From an uncultured Gammaproteobacteria bacterium (GTDB lineage: Bacteria > Patescibacteriota > Patescibacteriia > UBA1558 > GWA2-36-10): 64,000 nucleotides of DNA. The notes under the pieces were generated by a model. It did no database searches. It was not told where the DNA came from and worked only from the letters and a program-made list of their open reading frames with translations. The DNA is taken from NCBI GenBank assembly GCA_964515785.1, contig CAZEWH010000002.1, positions 94,182-158,181 of the forward strand. Direction: 5' to 3'. This document shows, one piece after another, positions 9,942 through 19,189 of this stretch (the first letter of the stretch is position 1; each line of letters starts with the position of its first letter). Made by a program: the position numbers and the translations under genes.

Positions 9942-9968
9942 AAAAAGCGAGAAGTTATTTCTCGCTTT
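9942..9968. terminator. Intrinsic terminator
   Basis: AAAGCGAGAA/TTCTCGCTTT stem with flanking A tract. Confidence 0.75.
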
Positions 9969-9972
9969 AAAA

Positions 9973-10206
9973 TTATTGACGGAAGATTTTTCTTTTTTCC
10001 CTTTCCCATGCTTCATCAGCAGGTTTACTTGCATTGTCGTGAGCCCTACGATCAGTTTTGTTGGATTCAGCATCGCTTATCTTGAGTCTTCTACGGCAAT
10101 GAGCACAGACATCCTGGTAATTATAGTTTTTACTAGTATAACTACCGCCTCCATCTGTGCAAATATCACCACAACGATCACAACGAACTTCTGGTTTTGA
10201 AGACAT
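9973..10206 (-). CDS. Orphan small zinc-finger protein
   Basis: SD AGGAGGT; CDRC...CAHC. Confidence 0.75.
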   Translation of the reverse strand: MSSKPEVRCDRCGDICTDGGGSYTSKNYNYQDVCAHCRRRLKISDAESNKTDRRAHDNASKPADEAWEREKRKIFRQ

Positions 10207-10217
10207 ATAGCACCTCC

Positions 10218-10457
10218 TTAACCAAAACGGCTTTGTCTGTATTTGTAGACCATATTTTCAATTTCGCTACTAGAAAAACGTCCACTAGCCTCTAAACCAC
10301 GACGGTATTTATCAGTAGCATTGTCCATGGCTGTAGCAGTGCGTGTATGGCAACTAGAACATAGTCCAACCAAAACAGACATATAACATCTAGTTTCACT
10401 ATATTCTGATTCTGACATCTCTTTACCACAACCTTTACAATGGTGGATTTTGGCCAT
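10218..10457 (-). CDS. Orphan small zinc-finger protein
   Basis: ATG 10457 after AGAAAGGGG; CKGC...CSSC; TTGACA at 10522-10527. Confidence 0.75.
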   Translation of the reverse strand: MAKIHHCKGCGKEMSESEYSETRCYMSVLVGLCSSCHTRTATAMDNATDKYRRGLEASGRFSSSEIENMVYKYRQSRFG

Positions 10458-10530
10458 TGTGATTCCCCTTTCTAAAAGAACAGTGTTTAGGCATTTCATA
10501 TTTATCATTTTTATTATTGATTGTCAAATA

Positions 10531-10557
10531 AAAACCCCCATCAAAAAGATGAGGGTT
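10531..10557 (-). terminator. Intrinsic terminator
   Basis: AACCCTCATC/GATGGGGGTT stem plus T tract. Confidence 0.7.
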
Positions 10558-10561
10558 AGAA

Positions 10562-10732
10562 TTAGTCAGCTGAAGATGGTTTACGGCCTTCTGCTAGATC
10601 GCGTTCAAATATCTCGTCCATCCGAGATAAATATTCTTTGATTGAGATCTGACCTTTTAGAAAGGCTGTTATGAGTTTAAATTCTTCTACAGCTGATGAA
10701 TGTGCTATTGGCAGGCGGTCTGGTTGGTCCAC
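10562..10732 (-). CDS. Orphan 56-aa protein
   Basis: GTG start after AAAGGAGG; C-terminal part of track ORF 10562..10885 (DQPDRLP...). Confidence 0.6.
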   Translation of the reverse strand: MDQPDRLPIAHSSAVEEFKLITAFLKGQISIKEYLSRMDEIFERDLAEGRKPSSAD

Positions 10733-10778
10733 CAATCCTCCTTTGTGGTTTGACGACCTGCTTCTCCCGAACAAGATA

Positions 10779-10934
10779 TTATAATAAAAAAATCCCGTTG
10801 TCAATATCGACAACGGGCGCAGGAATGCCACCATCACCATCAGGGTCGCCATCGGGTGGGGTTTGTTTATCAACGTCTTCAGCACCCTTCATGAGACAAT
10901 CATAAAAGAAATCTTCTCTCTTATAACCAGCCAT
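10779..10934 (-). CDS. Orphan 51-aa acidic protein (not in ORF track)
   Basis: SD AAGGAGG; MAGYKREDFFYDCLMKGAEDVDKQTPPDGDPDGDGGIPAPVVDIDNGIFLL. Confidence 0.6.
   Translation of the reverse strand: MAGYKREDFFYDCLMKGAEDVDKQTPPDGDPDGDGGIPAPVVDIDNGIFLL
10786..10817 (-). terminator. Intrinsic terminator containing the next promoter's -35
   Basis: CCCGTTGTC-GATATT-GACAACGGG-A-T7. Confidence 0.7.
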
Positions 10935-10990
10935 TATTTCCTCCTTAGGAAAAGAACTGTTATTTTAGAATAGCATTTTTTCAGAAAATA

Positions 10991-11019
10991 AAAAACCCGT
11001 CTAGACGTCTAAACGGGTT
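10991..11019 (-). terminator. Intrinsic terminator
   Basis: AACCCGTTTAGA/TCTAGACGGGTT plus T tract. Confidence 0.8.
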
Positions 11020-11420
11020 TAAGCTAATTCAACTCTGAAGAGCACTTGGCCATATTCTACAACCTGGCCATTCTCTATCTCAACGGCAATGATTTTGCCA
11101 GTAACTTCTGATTCGATCTCTGTTTCCAGACCTAAAGCTTCAATGAAGCCAGTAATAGTACCTGGTTGAACTTGATCGTCTGTAGTTAGTGGTTTGTCAT
11201 TGTGGCGGAAACGTCCAACTAGAGTTGCCTTGATGACTGTGATTTCTGGTGGCGTTTCAGAAGCCTGTACTGAAGTCTCTGCTACCAAAATGCCTGGTGA
11301 TTTTTTGATGCGCAATTTGCGCCAAAACATCCACCAAGAAGTGACTTCGATTTCTTCGATGTCTTTTCCTTCTTGTAGCATTTTAGCCACCTTAGCTACT
11401 AGATCGGTGTTTTTACTCAT
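11019..11420 (-). CDS. AccB/BCCP-like protein lacking the biotinylated lysine
   Basis: IKATLVGRF...IEALGLETEIESEVTGKIIAVEIENGQVVEYGQVLF matches the biotinyl domain, but EAMKM is replaced by EALGL. Confidence 0.8.
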   Translation of the reverse strand: MSKNTDLVAKVAKMLQEGKDIEEIEVTSWWMFWRKLRIKKSPGILVAETSVQASETPPEITVIKATLVGRFRHNDKPLTTDDQVQPGTITGFIEALGLETEIESEVTGKIIAVEIENGQVVEYGQVLFRVELA

Positions 11421-11455
11421 GTTGTCTCTCCTTGGAAAAGGACTTGTTTGATTAA

Positions 11456-11497
11456 AAATTATGACAAATTGACGCTTTTGTCAATATATGATAATTT
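11456..11497. promoter_or_regulatory. Overlapping divergent sigma70 promoters
   Basis: Minus strand TTGACA-17-TAATTT; plus strand TTGACG-17-TAATTT with TG extension. Confidence 0.7.
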
Positions 11498-11525
11498 ATT
11501 TAGTTCTTTTGAAAGGAGGGTAGAT

Positions 11526-11924
11526 ATGTGCAAGCAAGCAAATGAGCTTGATGTTTTAAAGCCAATTCCTGGTAATGGTGATTTTACTATCATCATCGAA
11601 CCCTCCGAAGAATTCAATTTTGAGGGTGGTTCTAGAACTTTAAGTGATGACAAATCAGCCATCTACGCTTGTGTATTAGAAGTCATGTATCAATTGGGCG
11701 AATTGAAAGCTATCAATTTGCCAGTTGAACTTGATTGGCTTAGAGATCGAGATTTTGAGATTATCAGTTGGGAATCCTCTGATAGAATCTTAAAAGTTCG
11801 TTTGTCTAATCAGGCTTTTGGTCGTACCAGGGACTTAGATGGCAATGGACAGCGTTTGGAGCTTGGTTCTGAGGAAGATAATCTACTCACTAGGTTATTA
11901 AAAGCCTTACTTGGGGAGATCTAA
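11526..11924 (+). CDS. Orphan hypothetical protein
   Basis: ATG after GTTCTTTTTGAAAGGAGG; terminator at 11913-11941. Confidence 0.75.
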   Translation: MCKQANELDVLKPIPGNGDFTIIIEPSEEFNFEGGSRTLSDDKSAIYACVLEVMYQLGELKAINLPVELDWLRDRDFEIISWESSDRILKVRLSNQAFGRTRDLDGNGQRLELGSEEDNLLTRLLKALLGEI

Positions 11925-12005
11925 ACAGATCTCCTCTTTTTATTGACCAAATATTTTATTAATGATAATTTGTAAATATCTCGTACTTTTTAAGGAGGTG
12001 AATCA

Positions 12006-12257
12006 TTGCAACTTCAAACGACAGCTTTTTGCTGGGTAGATGGTGTACGTCTTGATGCTGGGATTAATATTACAGCTTCAAATCAAGAGATTATTGTATT
12101 TGGTCACCCTTTATCAGGAATGGAATTTGATGGCCAAACACTTCGTCTTTTTTCAACAGCTAGTTTTGTTTTTGATATTTCAGATCAAGATCATCAACCA
12201 GACATCCCAACAGCAGTTTTGTATCTCATACTGTCTAATCCAATGCAACTTCAATAA
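12006..12257 (+). CDS. Orphan hypothetical protein
   Basis: TTG start after AAGGAGGTG; promoter TTGACC(11943)-17-TAATTT. Confidence 0.65.
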   Translation: MQLQTTAFCWVDGVRLDAGINITASNQEIIVFGHPLSGMEFDGQTLRLFSTASFVFDISDQDHQPDIPTAVLYLILSNPMQLQ

Positions 12258-12285
12258 AAAAACAGACTCAGTGGGTCTGTTTTTT
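12256..12285. terminator. Bidirectional terminator
   Basis: A tract-CAGACTC/GGGTCTG-T tract. Confidence 0.75.
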
Positions 12286-13330
12286 AATTTATAATCGCAC
12301 TAGCTATAAGTTCATCTTTTTTGTAAATCGCTAGGGTTTGGCCACTAGCTACACCTTTTTGGGATTGTTTGAATTCTACATGGTCTGAGAATAATTTCAT
12401 GCTTTGATCTTCTTGTCTGTATCTAATTTTAGCTTTGGCTTTGAATGGTAGTTTGTATTCTTTTCCTAACCAATGTAAATCATGTATTTTGATATGTTTG
12501 GTATAAAGCTCGTCATCTTCCGATTTGCTGACAATTAGTTTATTATTGTCCAAATCCTTGATAGCTACATACCAAGGGCCTGAGCCGCCAATATTTAGCC
12601 CCTTACGCTGTCCTATAGTGTAATACCAGACTCCTTGGTGCTCACCAAGTTTATTACCGTCTGTATCGACTATATTTCCTGTTTTGGGTTTTATCTGTTG
12701 TTGGAGCCAGGTTTTGAGATCTACTTTGCCCACAAAGCAAATACCTTGACTGTCTTTACGATCTGCATTAGGTAAATTTGCTTGTTTGGCTAGTTCTCTG
12801 ACCTGAGGTTTTTCTAGTTCGCCTATTGGGAATAAAGCTTTAGAAAGCTGCTCTTGAGTAAGACCTGCCAAAAAATAGCTCTGGTCTTTGTTATTATCCA
12901 AACCTTTTAATAAATGATAATTACTTTTGTCTTGTTTTATTCTGGCATAGTGTCCAGTAGCAATTTTATCAAAGCCAAGCTCTAGAGCTTTATTCAAAAA
13001 TAATTTGAATTTTATTTCATTATTACAAAGCACATCAGGATTTGGTGTTTGGCCAGCTTGATAAGTATCAAAAATATATTGCACTATCTTTTTTTGATAA
13101 ATTTCTTCAAAATCAAAAGTCTGAATAGGTATATCCAGTTTAGCAGCCACACGATAAGCTTCTTCTCTGTCTTTGAGCCAAGGACACTCGCCCTTGATAT
13201 TGACTTTGTCAGAAAAGTTTTTCATAAAAGCAGCCTGTACATCATAGCCTTGTTGTTTGAGCAACAAAGCCGCGACAGCACTATCTACACCTCCTGACAG
13301 GCCTACTAATATTTTTTGTTTTTCTAGCAT
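12284..13330 (-). CDS. mnmA: tRNA 2-thiouridylase MnmA
   Basis: SGGVDS, TPNPDVLCN, ATGHYA, KDQSYFL, DSQGICF, TIGQRKG. Confidence 0.98.
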   Translation of the reverse strand: MLEKQKILVGLSGGVDSAVAALLLKQQGYDVQAAFMKNFSDKVNIKGECPWLKDREEAYRVAAKLDIPIQTFDFEEIYQKKIVQYIFDTYQAGQTPNPDVLCNNEIKFKLFLNKALELGFDKIATGHYARIKQDKSNYHLLKGLDNNKDQSYFLAGLTQEQLSKALFPIGELEKPQVRELAKQANLPNADRKDSQGICFVGKVDLKTWLQQQIKPKTGNIVDTDGNKLGEHQGVWYYTIGQRKGLNIGGSGPWYVAIKDLDNNKLIVSKSEDDELYTKHIKIHDLHWLGKEYKLPFKAKAKIRYRQEDQSMKLFSDHVEFKQSQKGVASGQTLAIYKKDELIASAIIN

Positions 13331-13401
13331 TCTTTACAAAATATTATTTGTTTGTTAAGCTATTTTTGTTTCTTGTTATTTTCATTCAAGGGAGGTAAGA
13401 A

Positions 13402-13671
13402 ATGGATAAAAGACTGGGTATTGTGTTGTTTTTGCTTTTTGGCGTACTTGGTCCGTTGTATCTGGCCATTCAATATGATTTGTTCAATCAAGCCAAAGCA
13501 ATAAGTCCTTTCTTAGGGCTAGTCTCAGTACTAGGCGTAGGTTTTTTGGCCATAGCCTTTGAGATGAAGATCTATCATCTGGTTCATAAACGCACGCCAC
13601 CTGAGCTATTTTCCAGATTTGTCGGACTTATGGCAATACTTTGCCTTTTGTTCCCCAGTGTCAGTTTTTGA
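13402..13671 (+). CDS. Orphan small membrane protein (3 TM)
   Basis: SD AAGGGAGGT; promoter TTTACA-17-TAAGCT; terminator at 13680-13705. Confidence 0.75.
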   Translation: MDKRLGIVLFLLFGVLGPLYLAIQYDLFNQAKAISPFLGLVSVLGVGFLAIAFEMKIYHLVHKRTPPELFSRFVGLMAILCLLFPSVSF

Positions 13672-13834
13672 ATTACTATAGCCAATCACAAAGATTGGCT
13701 TTTTATTTATTTTGTATTATTACTAATATAGTATTTATTGCTTATACAGTCAAGAATTGACTTATGTAAGTCAAAAATATAAACTTAGATAGAACAAAAA
13801 CAGTCCTTTCATTCTTTCTCAGAGGGGTCTAGCC

Positions 13835-14236
13835 ATGGCAAAAGTAAATTTGATTACAAGAGAGTTTTCTGTCCGCCTAGTTTTTCCTGACTGGGAAGCA
13901 GCCTGTGGCTTTATGTATGAATTTGGTGAAGCCTTTGCCAAGCAATTCAGAGAAGAAGATCCTGAAATTTTGAAGCCAGTTGATTCGTATTACCACGACA
14001 CTGATGGCTGGCATGTTAAGGTATCTGTTTGTATTGACGCCAAAGACGCTTTACTTGATTTTATCAAGACCTACTGCGACGAAGAGGAGCTAGACTTTTG
14101 TGATGAGGACGCTATCCGAGCCGAACACTTAGCCAAGGTCAACAGAGCCGACAAGTCTGGTAGACGTCCGCCAGCAGAAGATCCTACAGGATCAGACGAA
14201 GATACAGAACCCAAGAAAAAAGATGAGCCTAATTAA
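13835..14236 (+). CDS. Orphan acidic protein
   Basis: SD AGAGGGG; promoter TTGACT-17-TAAACT; terminator at 14246-14277. Confidence 0.75.
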   Translation: MAKVNLITREFSVRLVFPDWEAACGFMYEFGEAFAKQFREEDPEILKPVDSYYHDTDGWHVKVSVCIDAKDALLDFIKTYCDEEELDFCDEDAIRAEHLAKVNRADKSGRRPPAEDPTGSDEDTEPKKKDEPN

Positions 14237-14278
14237 GGCAATTCAAAAACCCAAGATTTTTCACTTGGGTTTTTTTAT

Positions 14279-14294
14279 TCCCGCCAAAGGCGGA
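14279..14294. repeat. Short palindromic element, also present inside RNase P RNA
   Basis: TCCCGCCAAAGGCGG is identical at 14279-14293 and 44494-44508. Confidence 0.5.
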
Positions 14295-14298
14295 CAAG

Positions 14299-15792
14299 CT
14301 ATTTGATTTTAAAGATATTAATTTTTTCTAAAGCTTTTTCTGCTAGTTGTAATCTATTTTTATGTCTAGTATAAAGAGTAAATAGTCTTTCGCCTTTTTT
14401 GACTTGATCGCCATATTCTTTATTTAGATAAACACCGGCTAGTTTATCAGCGGGAGCACCCATGATACGAGCAATAGTATTGATTGCTTTATTATCTGTA
14501 AATACTATTTTGCCAGACTTTTTAGCATTAACATATCGTTTATGAGCTGCCAAAACAATTTCATTAGGATTAATATTAGGATTACCACCTTGAGCTTTGA
14601 TAATAGATTGCATCTTTTTCCAAGCAGCACCAGAATCTAAGGCCTTCCAAGCCATTTCAGCACCCTTGCCTTTTTTGGCTTTGCCAGTTAGTTCTAATAA
14701 TTCACCAGCTAAATGGATAGATTTATTGGCTAGATCAGCTGGATAATTATCTTTTTGTTGTAAAACACGCAAGACATCACGAGCCTCAAGAGCTGGGCCA
14801 ACTCCTTTACCTACTGGATCTTCAGTTTTAATCATTATTACTTTTATTTTTATGCCAAATTTTTTGGCAATAAATTTGAATTTGGTTTCCAGTTCTTTAG
14901 CAATCTTCATATTTGGTATCTTGGTAGTGGGACCAACAGGCATATCAATAACTAGATGAGTAACACCCATAGCTACTTTTTTGGCCATAATACTAACTAT
15001 CATTTTGCTATATGGTTCTAAAGATAGTGGATATGATACCTTGAGAATTTTATCATCAGCTGGAGCTAGATTGAGTCCTCCACCCCAAACCAAACAAGTG
15101 CCAGTTTTTTTGACAATTTTTTTTATAGTAGCAGCTTCAAAAGATACTGGAGCCAGTACTTCCATGGTATCAGAAGTACCTGCTGGTGAAGTAATAGCTC
15201 GAGAGGATGTCTTGGGGATAGTAAGACCCAGAGAAGCTATAATAGGAATAGCTACCATACTAGTCCTATTACCAGCCAGACCACCCACAGAGTGTTTGTC
15301 AGCTACCATGCCAGGAAATTTGATAGTTTCACCAGTCTCAGCCATGGCTTTGGTCATATAATACAATTCTTGATTGGTATATTCATGCATAAATCCAGAA
15401 GCTACAAAATAAGTAGTTTCTGTTCTGGTCAAGATACCATTAGCAATGTCAGAAAATATTTGATAATAATCTTTATAGTTCAATCTTTTGCCTAATAATC
15501 TTTTTTTGATAGCTTGAACAGATTTAGCTCTTTGCAAAAAATGAATCTCAACAATAGTATTGGGTTGAATTTTGACTTTTTCCCAAATATCTCTATACAA
15601 ACCAATTTCACCTGGCTTAATTCTTTTTTGACTAGTATTGGCTTCAGCAATTATTTTTTGATTTTGCCAGGAGATACGAATTTTATCACCAGCGCGGATA
15701 CCAAAGCGAATAGCTTCTTCGACATTTAACAAGGCAATATTTGATTGCCCTGTTTTGATGTCCATTTTTTTTATTTTAAGATAATATGGCAT
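14299..15792 (-). CDS. AMP phosphorylase / archaeal-type thymidine phosphorylase family
   Basis: DKHSVGGLAGN, PKTSSRAITSPAGTSDTMEVL, WGGGLNLAPADD; AMPpase-type N-terminal extension. Confidence 0.93.
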   Translation of the reverse strand: MPYYLKIKKMDIKTGQSNIALLNVEEAIRFGIRAGDKIRISWQNQKIIAEANTSQKRIKPGEIGLYRDIWEKVKIQPNTIVEIHFLQRAKSVQAIKKRLLGKRLNYKDYYQIFSDIANGILTRTETTYFVASGFMHEYTNQELYYMTKAMAETGETIKFPGMVADKHSVGGLAGNRTSMVAIPIIASLGLTIPKTSSRAITSPAGTSDTMEVLAPVSFEAATIKKIVKKTGTCLVWGGGLNLAPADDKILKVSYPLSLEPYSKMIVSIMAKKVAMGVTHLVIDMPVGPTTKIPNMKIAKELETKFKFIAKKFGIKIKVIMIKTEDPVGKGVGPALEARDVLRVLQQKDNYPADLANKSIHLAGELLELTGKAKKGKGAEMAWKALDSGAAWKKMQSIIKAQGGNPNINPNEIVLAAHKRYVNAKKSGKIVFTDNKAINTIARIMGAPADKLAGVYLNKEYGDQVKKGERLFTLYTRHKNRLQLAEKALEKINIFKIK

Positions 15793-15805
15793 GGTTTTTA
15801 GAAAA

Positions 15806-17581
15806 TTATAAATCTATTTTTTGTCCAGGCTCAAGGACTTTTTCATTGTTAGATTTTTCTTGTTTAGGTTTTTGGTCTTGTTTTTTAATAGGCTTTTTTT
15901 CTTGCTTCTTATCATCTTTGAAAATTTTATCAGGAGATACTTTGAGAGCATCAGCTAGAGAGATAAAACCTTCATTGTCTTCTTGGATAGCAGGCTGTGG
16001 TGTTTGTTTAGGCTCTTTTTTTGGTTTATTTTTGACCATCTTTATACTAGATGGAGGTGGAATTTTGCCTTCACGCGATAATTCTAGACATTCCCGACAA
16101 TAAATAGGTCTAGTAGGGTCAGGGTCAAAATTAATTTCTGTATCTTTACCGCAAAAAGTACAGTTTACTTTATTGAGTATTTTTGGCTTTGATTTTTTAG
16201 CTGGCCTAGGTTTTTTATTATCTGGTCTGTTATTTTGTCTAGGTGGAGTATAGGCTAGATCTCTAGAAGATTTTGTATTTTGTTCTTCATCTTCACCTTT
16301 ATCTTCACTCCAACGTATAATTTTATCTTCAATAACCTCACGTGGTTTAGCATAACGTTCGCGAGATACATTGATTATTTTGTCACGAGCATTGACATGC
16401 CCTTCAGGAAGCGGTACTGGTGGTAAGGTATTGGCAGAAAATGCCTCAGAAGTAACGCCGTCTATCATTAATTTTAAATAAATTTGAAACTTAGATAAGT
16501 TAACTAGATCTTCTTGAGTAAAAGTAGGGAAAAATTCTTTTTCCAAAGCCTCAGCATCAGCTGCTCCAACTCGAAAAGCCACAATAGTCCCGACATTACC
16601 AAAAACAGCTGCTTGGACTGATTCTTCGACTTGTTCTATATACTGGTGAGCTACAGTCAGATTAAGGCGATATTTACGAGCTTCTGACAAAATATTAGCA
16701 AAAGATTCTGTAGCAAAGTTTTGGAACTCATCAACATATAGATAAAAATCTTTACGTTCATCTTCTGGAGTATCGATACGACTCATAGCAGCTAATTGGA
16801 TTTTGGTAATCATCATAGCGCCTAATAATGCAGAATTATCTTCACCGACTCGGCCTTTTGATAGATTGAGTAATAATATCTTTTCGCCATCCATAATATC
16901 CCGCATAGAAAAACTGGATTTGACTTGACCAAGAATATTACGGATCAAAGCAGAAGATAAAAATCGTCCAACTTTATTTTGAATAGGAGCAATAGCTTCA
17001 GCTTGAAATCTATCAGGATATTTGGAATATTCATCTACCCAAAAAGCTTTTACTACTGGGTCAGATATTTTTTCTATGACTCGTTTGCGGAATGCTTTGT
17101 CAGTCAGCATACGCATAATGCCAAGCAAAGTAGAACCTGGATATTCCAATAAAGCTGAGATAGCGTGATGTAAAACATATTCAAGACGAGGCCCCCAAGA
17201 ATCTGCCCAAATTTTCTTAAATACACCAATCAAGCCAGAAACTACTAAATGACGTTGTTCGATGTTGACAGTTTCTAGAACATTGAAAGCAATTGGAAAA
17301 TCAAGATCAGATGGGTTGAAATAAACAACGTCGTTGATACGATGCTGAGGAATAAAATCTATGACTTTTTCTACCAAATCACCATGAGGATCTATGACTG
17401 CCACGCCTTTATTGTTTTGGATATCTTGGATAATCATATTTTCTAAAACAGTAGATTTTCCCATACCAGTTTTACCAATAAAATACATATGGCGACGTCG
17501 GTCATCAGTTTTTATACCAAATTTTACGCGAGAATTGCGATAATTTGTTTCAGAAAAAATTGTTACTTCGTTATTATCCAT
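15806..17581 (-). CDS. TraD/TrwB (VirD4)/HerA-like ATPase with C-terminal CxxC-x17-CxxC zinc ribbon
   Basis: GKTGMGKS, IDPHGDL, LYVDEFQNF, LSEARKYRL, CTFC...CREC. Confidence 0.9.
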   Translation of the reverse strand: MDNNEVTIFSETNYRNSRVKFGIKTDDRRRHMYFIGKTGMGKSTVLENMIIQDIQNNKGVAVIDPHGDLVEKVIDFIPQHRINDVVYFNPSDLDFPIAFNVLETVNIEQRHLVVSGLIGVFKKIWADSWGPRLEYVLHHAISALLEYPGSTLLGIMRMLTDKAFRKRVIEKISDPVVKAFWVDEYSKYPDRFQAEAIAPIQNKVGRFLSSALIRNILGQVKSSFSMRDIMDGEKILLLNLSKGRVGEDNSALLGAMMITKIQLAAMSRIDTPEDERKDFYLYVDEFQNFATESFANILSEARKYRLNLTVAHQYIEQVEESVQAAVFGNVGTIVAFRVGAADAEALEKEFFPTFTQEDLVNLSKFQIYLKLMIDGVTSEAFSANTLPPVPLPEGHVNARDKIINVSRERYAKPREVIEDKIIRWSEDKGEDEEQNTKSSRDLAYTPPRQNNRPDNKKPRPAKKSKPKILNKVNCTFCGKDTEINFDPDPTRPIYCRECLELSREGKIPPPSSIKMVKNKPKKEPKQTPQPAIQEDNEGFISLADALKVSPDKIFKDDKKQEKKPIKKQDQKPKQEKSNNEKVLEPGQKIDL

Positions 17582-17586
17582 AATAT

Positions 17587-19080
17587 TTAGGTCGGTAAGT
17601 TAGTTGGTGGACTGCCTTTTTGTATTGGGGCATCGACAGTAGATGCATCCTTTTTAGGGAATTTATTTTCATAATAATCATTATCAAGATCAAAACTATA
17701 TTCTTCATTTCCCTGATTAGTAGCTAATTGTTTTTTAAGATCAGTTGAAACCATGCCTTTGTCATCAGTCATAGAACTAACTGGTAATGAAGATGGAGCT
17801 TCAGCTTTTTTGGTACTAGTCTTTTGTAATAAAGGAGCTTTGATAAACTTATCAGGGAAATGCCAAATAGTAGCCAATTCTTCTGTATTAAGGATAAAGT
17901 AGTTATGTCCCTTCATCCCACTACGGTATTTATAACCAGCCATAATACGGCGACGTCGTCTAGCAGTGCGCCATTTAATCAAAATATAATGAATAGTGGT
18001 TTTAGTTTTGCTGTCTGGTTTAAAACCATTGAGATCTAAGGCAGTAAATTGTTTGATAGAACCAAAAACTTGAGAAACACAACGAGCAGCACTGTATTTT
18101 TCTAAAGGTGAAATATAAATAAGTCTTATTTTACATTCAAAAGCTATTTTGGAAGCCTTTTTTTCAATAGCTTCAATGGCATTTTTTTCACCCGGTGTCA
18201 GATGTAACATTAGACTAGGTAGATCATTTTTCTTCTCTGCTTCTCCAGCACCACCACCAGATTGTAAAAACATTTCTTCCCCAGAAGATAAAAAGAATAA
18301 CCCAGTAATAGGTGAAATTAATCTTTCCCAAGCGCTTTTTTTGCTTGGTGCAGATTTACCGGCTATTTTGTAGGCTTCAGCCATACTACGCTTGACCCAA
18401 TCAAAACCAGTTGGTTTGACTATAATCTGTATCCAGATTTGTTCCCCTACTTGGATTTTACTCATTGTTTCAAGTAAGGAAGCCATAGGGGTTTTGAATT
18501 CACCAGATACTTGATCTTCAAAGTCTCGATAGGTTTTTATTGGATAGATATCTTTATTAAAAGGGATTACTTCTGTACCCCATATTTTATGAGTTTCATT
18601 TGGATAATTGTCTGGCACAGTATCAATATAATCCTCCACTTCTGTGATTTCAGCATCAGGATATTGAGAATAAATAGAGCTTTCTACCAAATCACGATAT
18701 TGACTTGGTGTTCTGATCAAAAATTGTACATAACCATCAATACTAACAATTTCAAAAGAAAAAGATAATTGAAACATTCCAAACCAGTAGATTTCTTTGG
18801 CACTAAGCGGGGTATGGGCACCGGATAAGGTGGAAAATAGTTGCTCAACGGCTTTTGGGGTTTGTTCAGTGTCTTTGGGTATATCAATAGCTAAAATAAT
18901 AAATTTGTGACTAGAGAACCATTTGCCTTGTTTGTTCATCAACCATAGCTGGAAACTACCCCAAATAATGACTAAAGCAATAATAATCCAACCGCCGTGG
19001 GTAAATAAATACCAAAAAACCTCCAAAGAGCTCATATTGGTTAATTTGTATAATAGTGATAAATCAAAAACTATTTCCAT
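17587..19080 (-). CDS. Membrane-anchored partner of the adjacent ATPase (homologous to N-half of 30424..32880)
   Basis: N-terminal TM; LAIDIPK, FSFEIV, SQYPDAEITEVEDY, PIKTY, LNTEELATIWHFP. Confidence 0.8.
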   Translation of the reverse strand: MEIVFDLSLLYKLTNMSSLEVFWYLFTHGGWIIIALVIIWGSFQLWLMNKQGKWFSSHKFIILAIDIPKDTEQTPKAVEQLFSTLSGAHTPLSAKEIYWFGMFQLSFSFEIVSIDGYVQFLIRTPSQYRDLVESSIYSQYPDAEITEVEDYIDTVPDNYPNETHKIWGTEVIPFNKDIYPIKTYRDFEDQVSGEFKTPMASLLETMSKIQVGEQIWIQIIVKPTGFDWVKRSMAEAYKIAGKSAPSKKSAWERLISPITGLFFLSSGEEMFLQSGGGAGEAEKKNDLPSLMLHLTPGEKNAIEAIEKKASKIAFECKIRLIYISPLEKYSAARCVSQVFGSIKQFTALDLNGFKPDSKTKTTIHYILIKWRTARRRRRIMAGYKYRSGMKGHNYFILNTEELATIWHFPDKFIKAPLLQKTSTKKAEAPSSLPVSSMTDDKGMVSTDLKKQLATNQGNEEYSFDLDNDYYENKFPKKDASTVDAPIQKGSPPTNLPT

Positions 19081-19139
19081 AATATTATTCTTACTATATT
19101 ATACTATTTTTTTCAGTTTTTTCAAAATAAAAAATAAAA

Positions 19140-19170
19140 ACAACTCAAAGATTTTACGATGAGTTGCTTT
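19140..19170 (-). terminator. Probable intrinsic terminator
   Basis: CAACTCA/TGAGTTG stem with flanking A/T tracts. Confidence 0.55.
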
Positions 19171-19189
19171 TATTAAATTTAGAAATATT

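Noticed and set aside
10562-10905. 107-aa minus ORF and 69-aa plus ORF as annotated
   Set aside because: SD, terminator and promoter positions support two shorter minus-strand genes instead.
7201-14277. Integron cassette array or prophage
   Set aside because: No integrase, attC-like repeats or phage structural genes. The genes have their own promoters, mixed orientation and are interleaved with cspA, yceI and mnmA.
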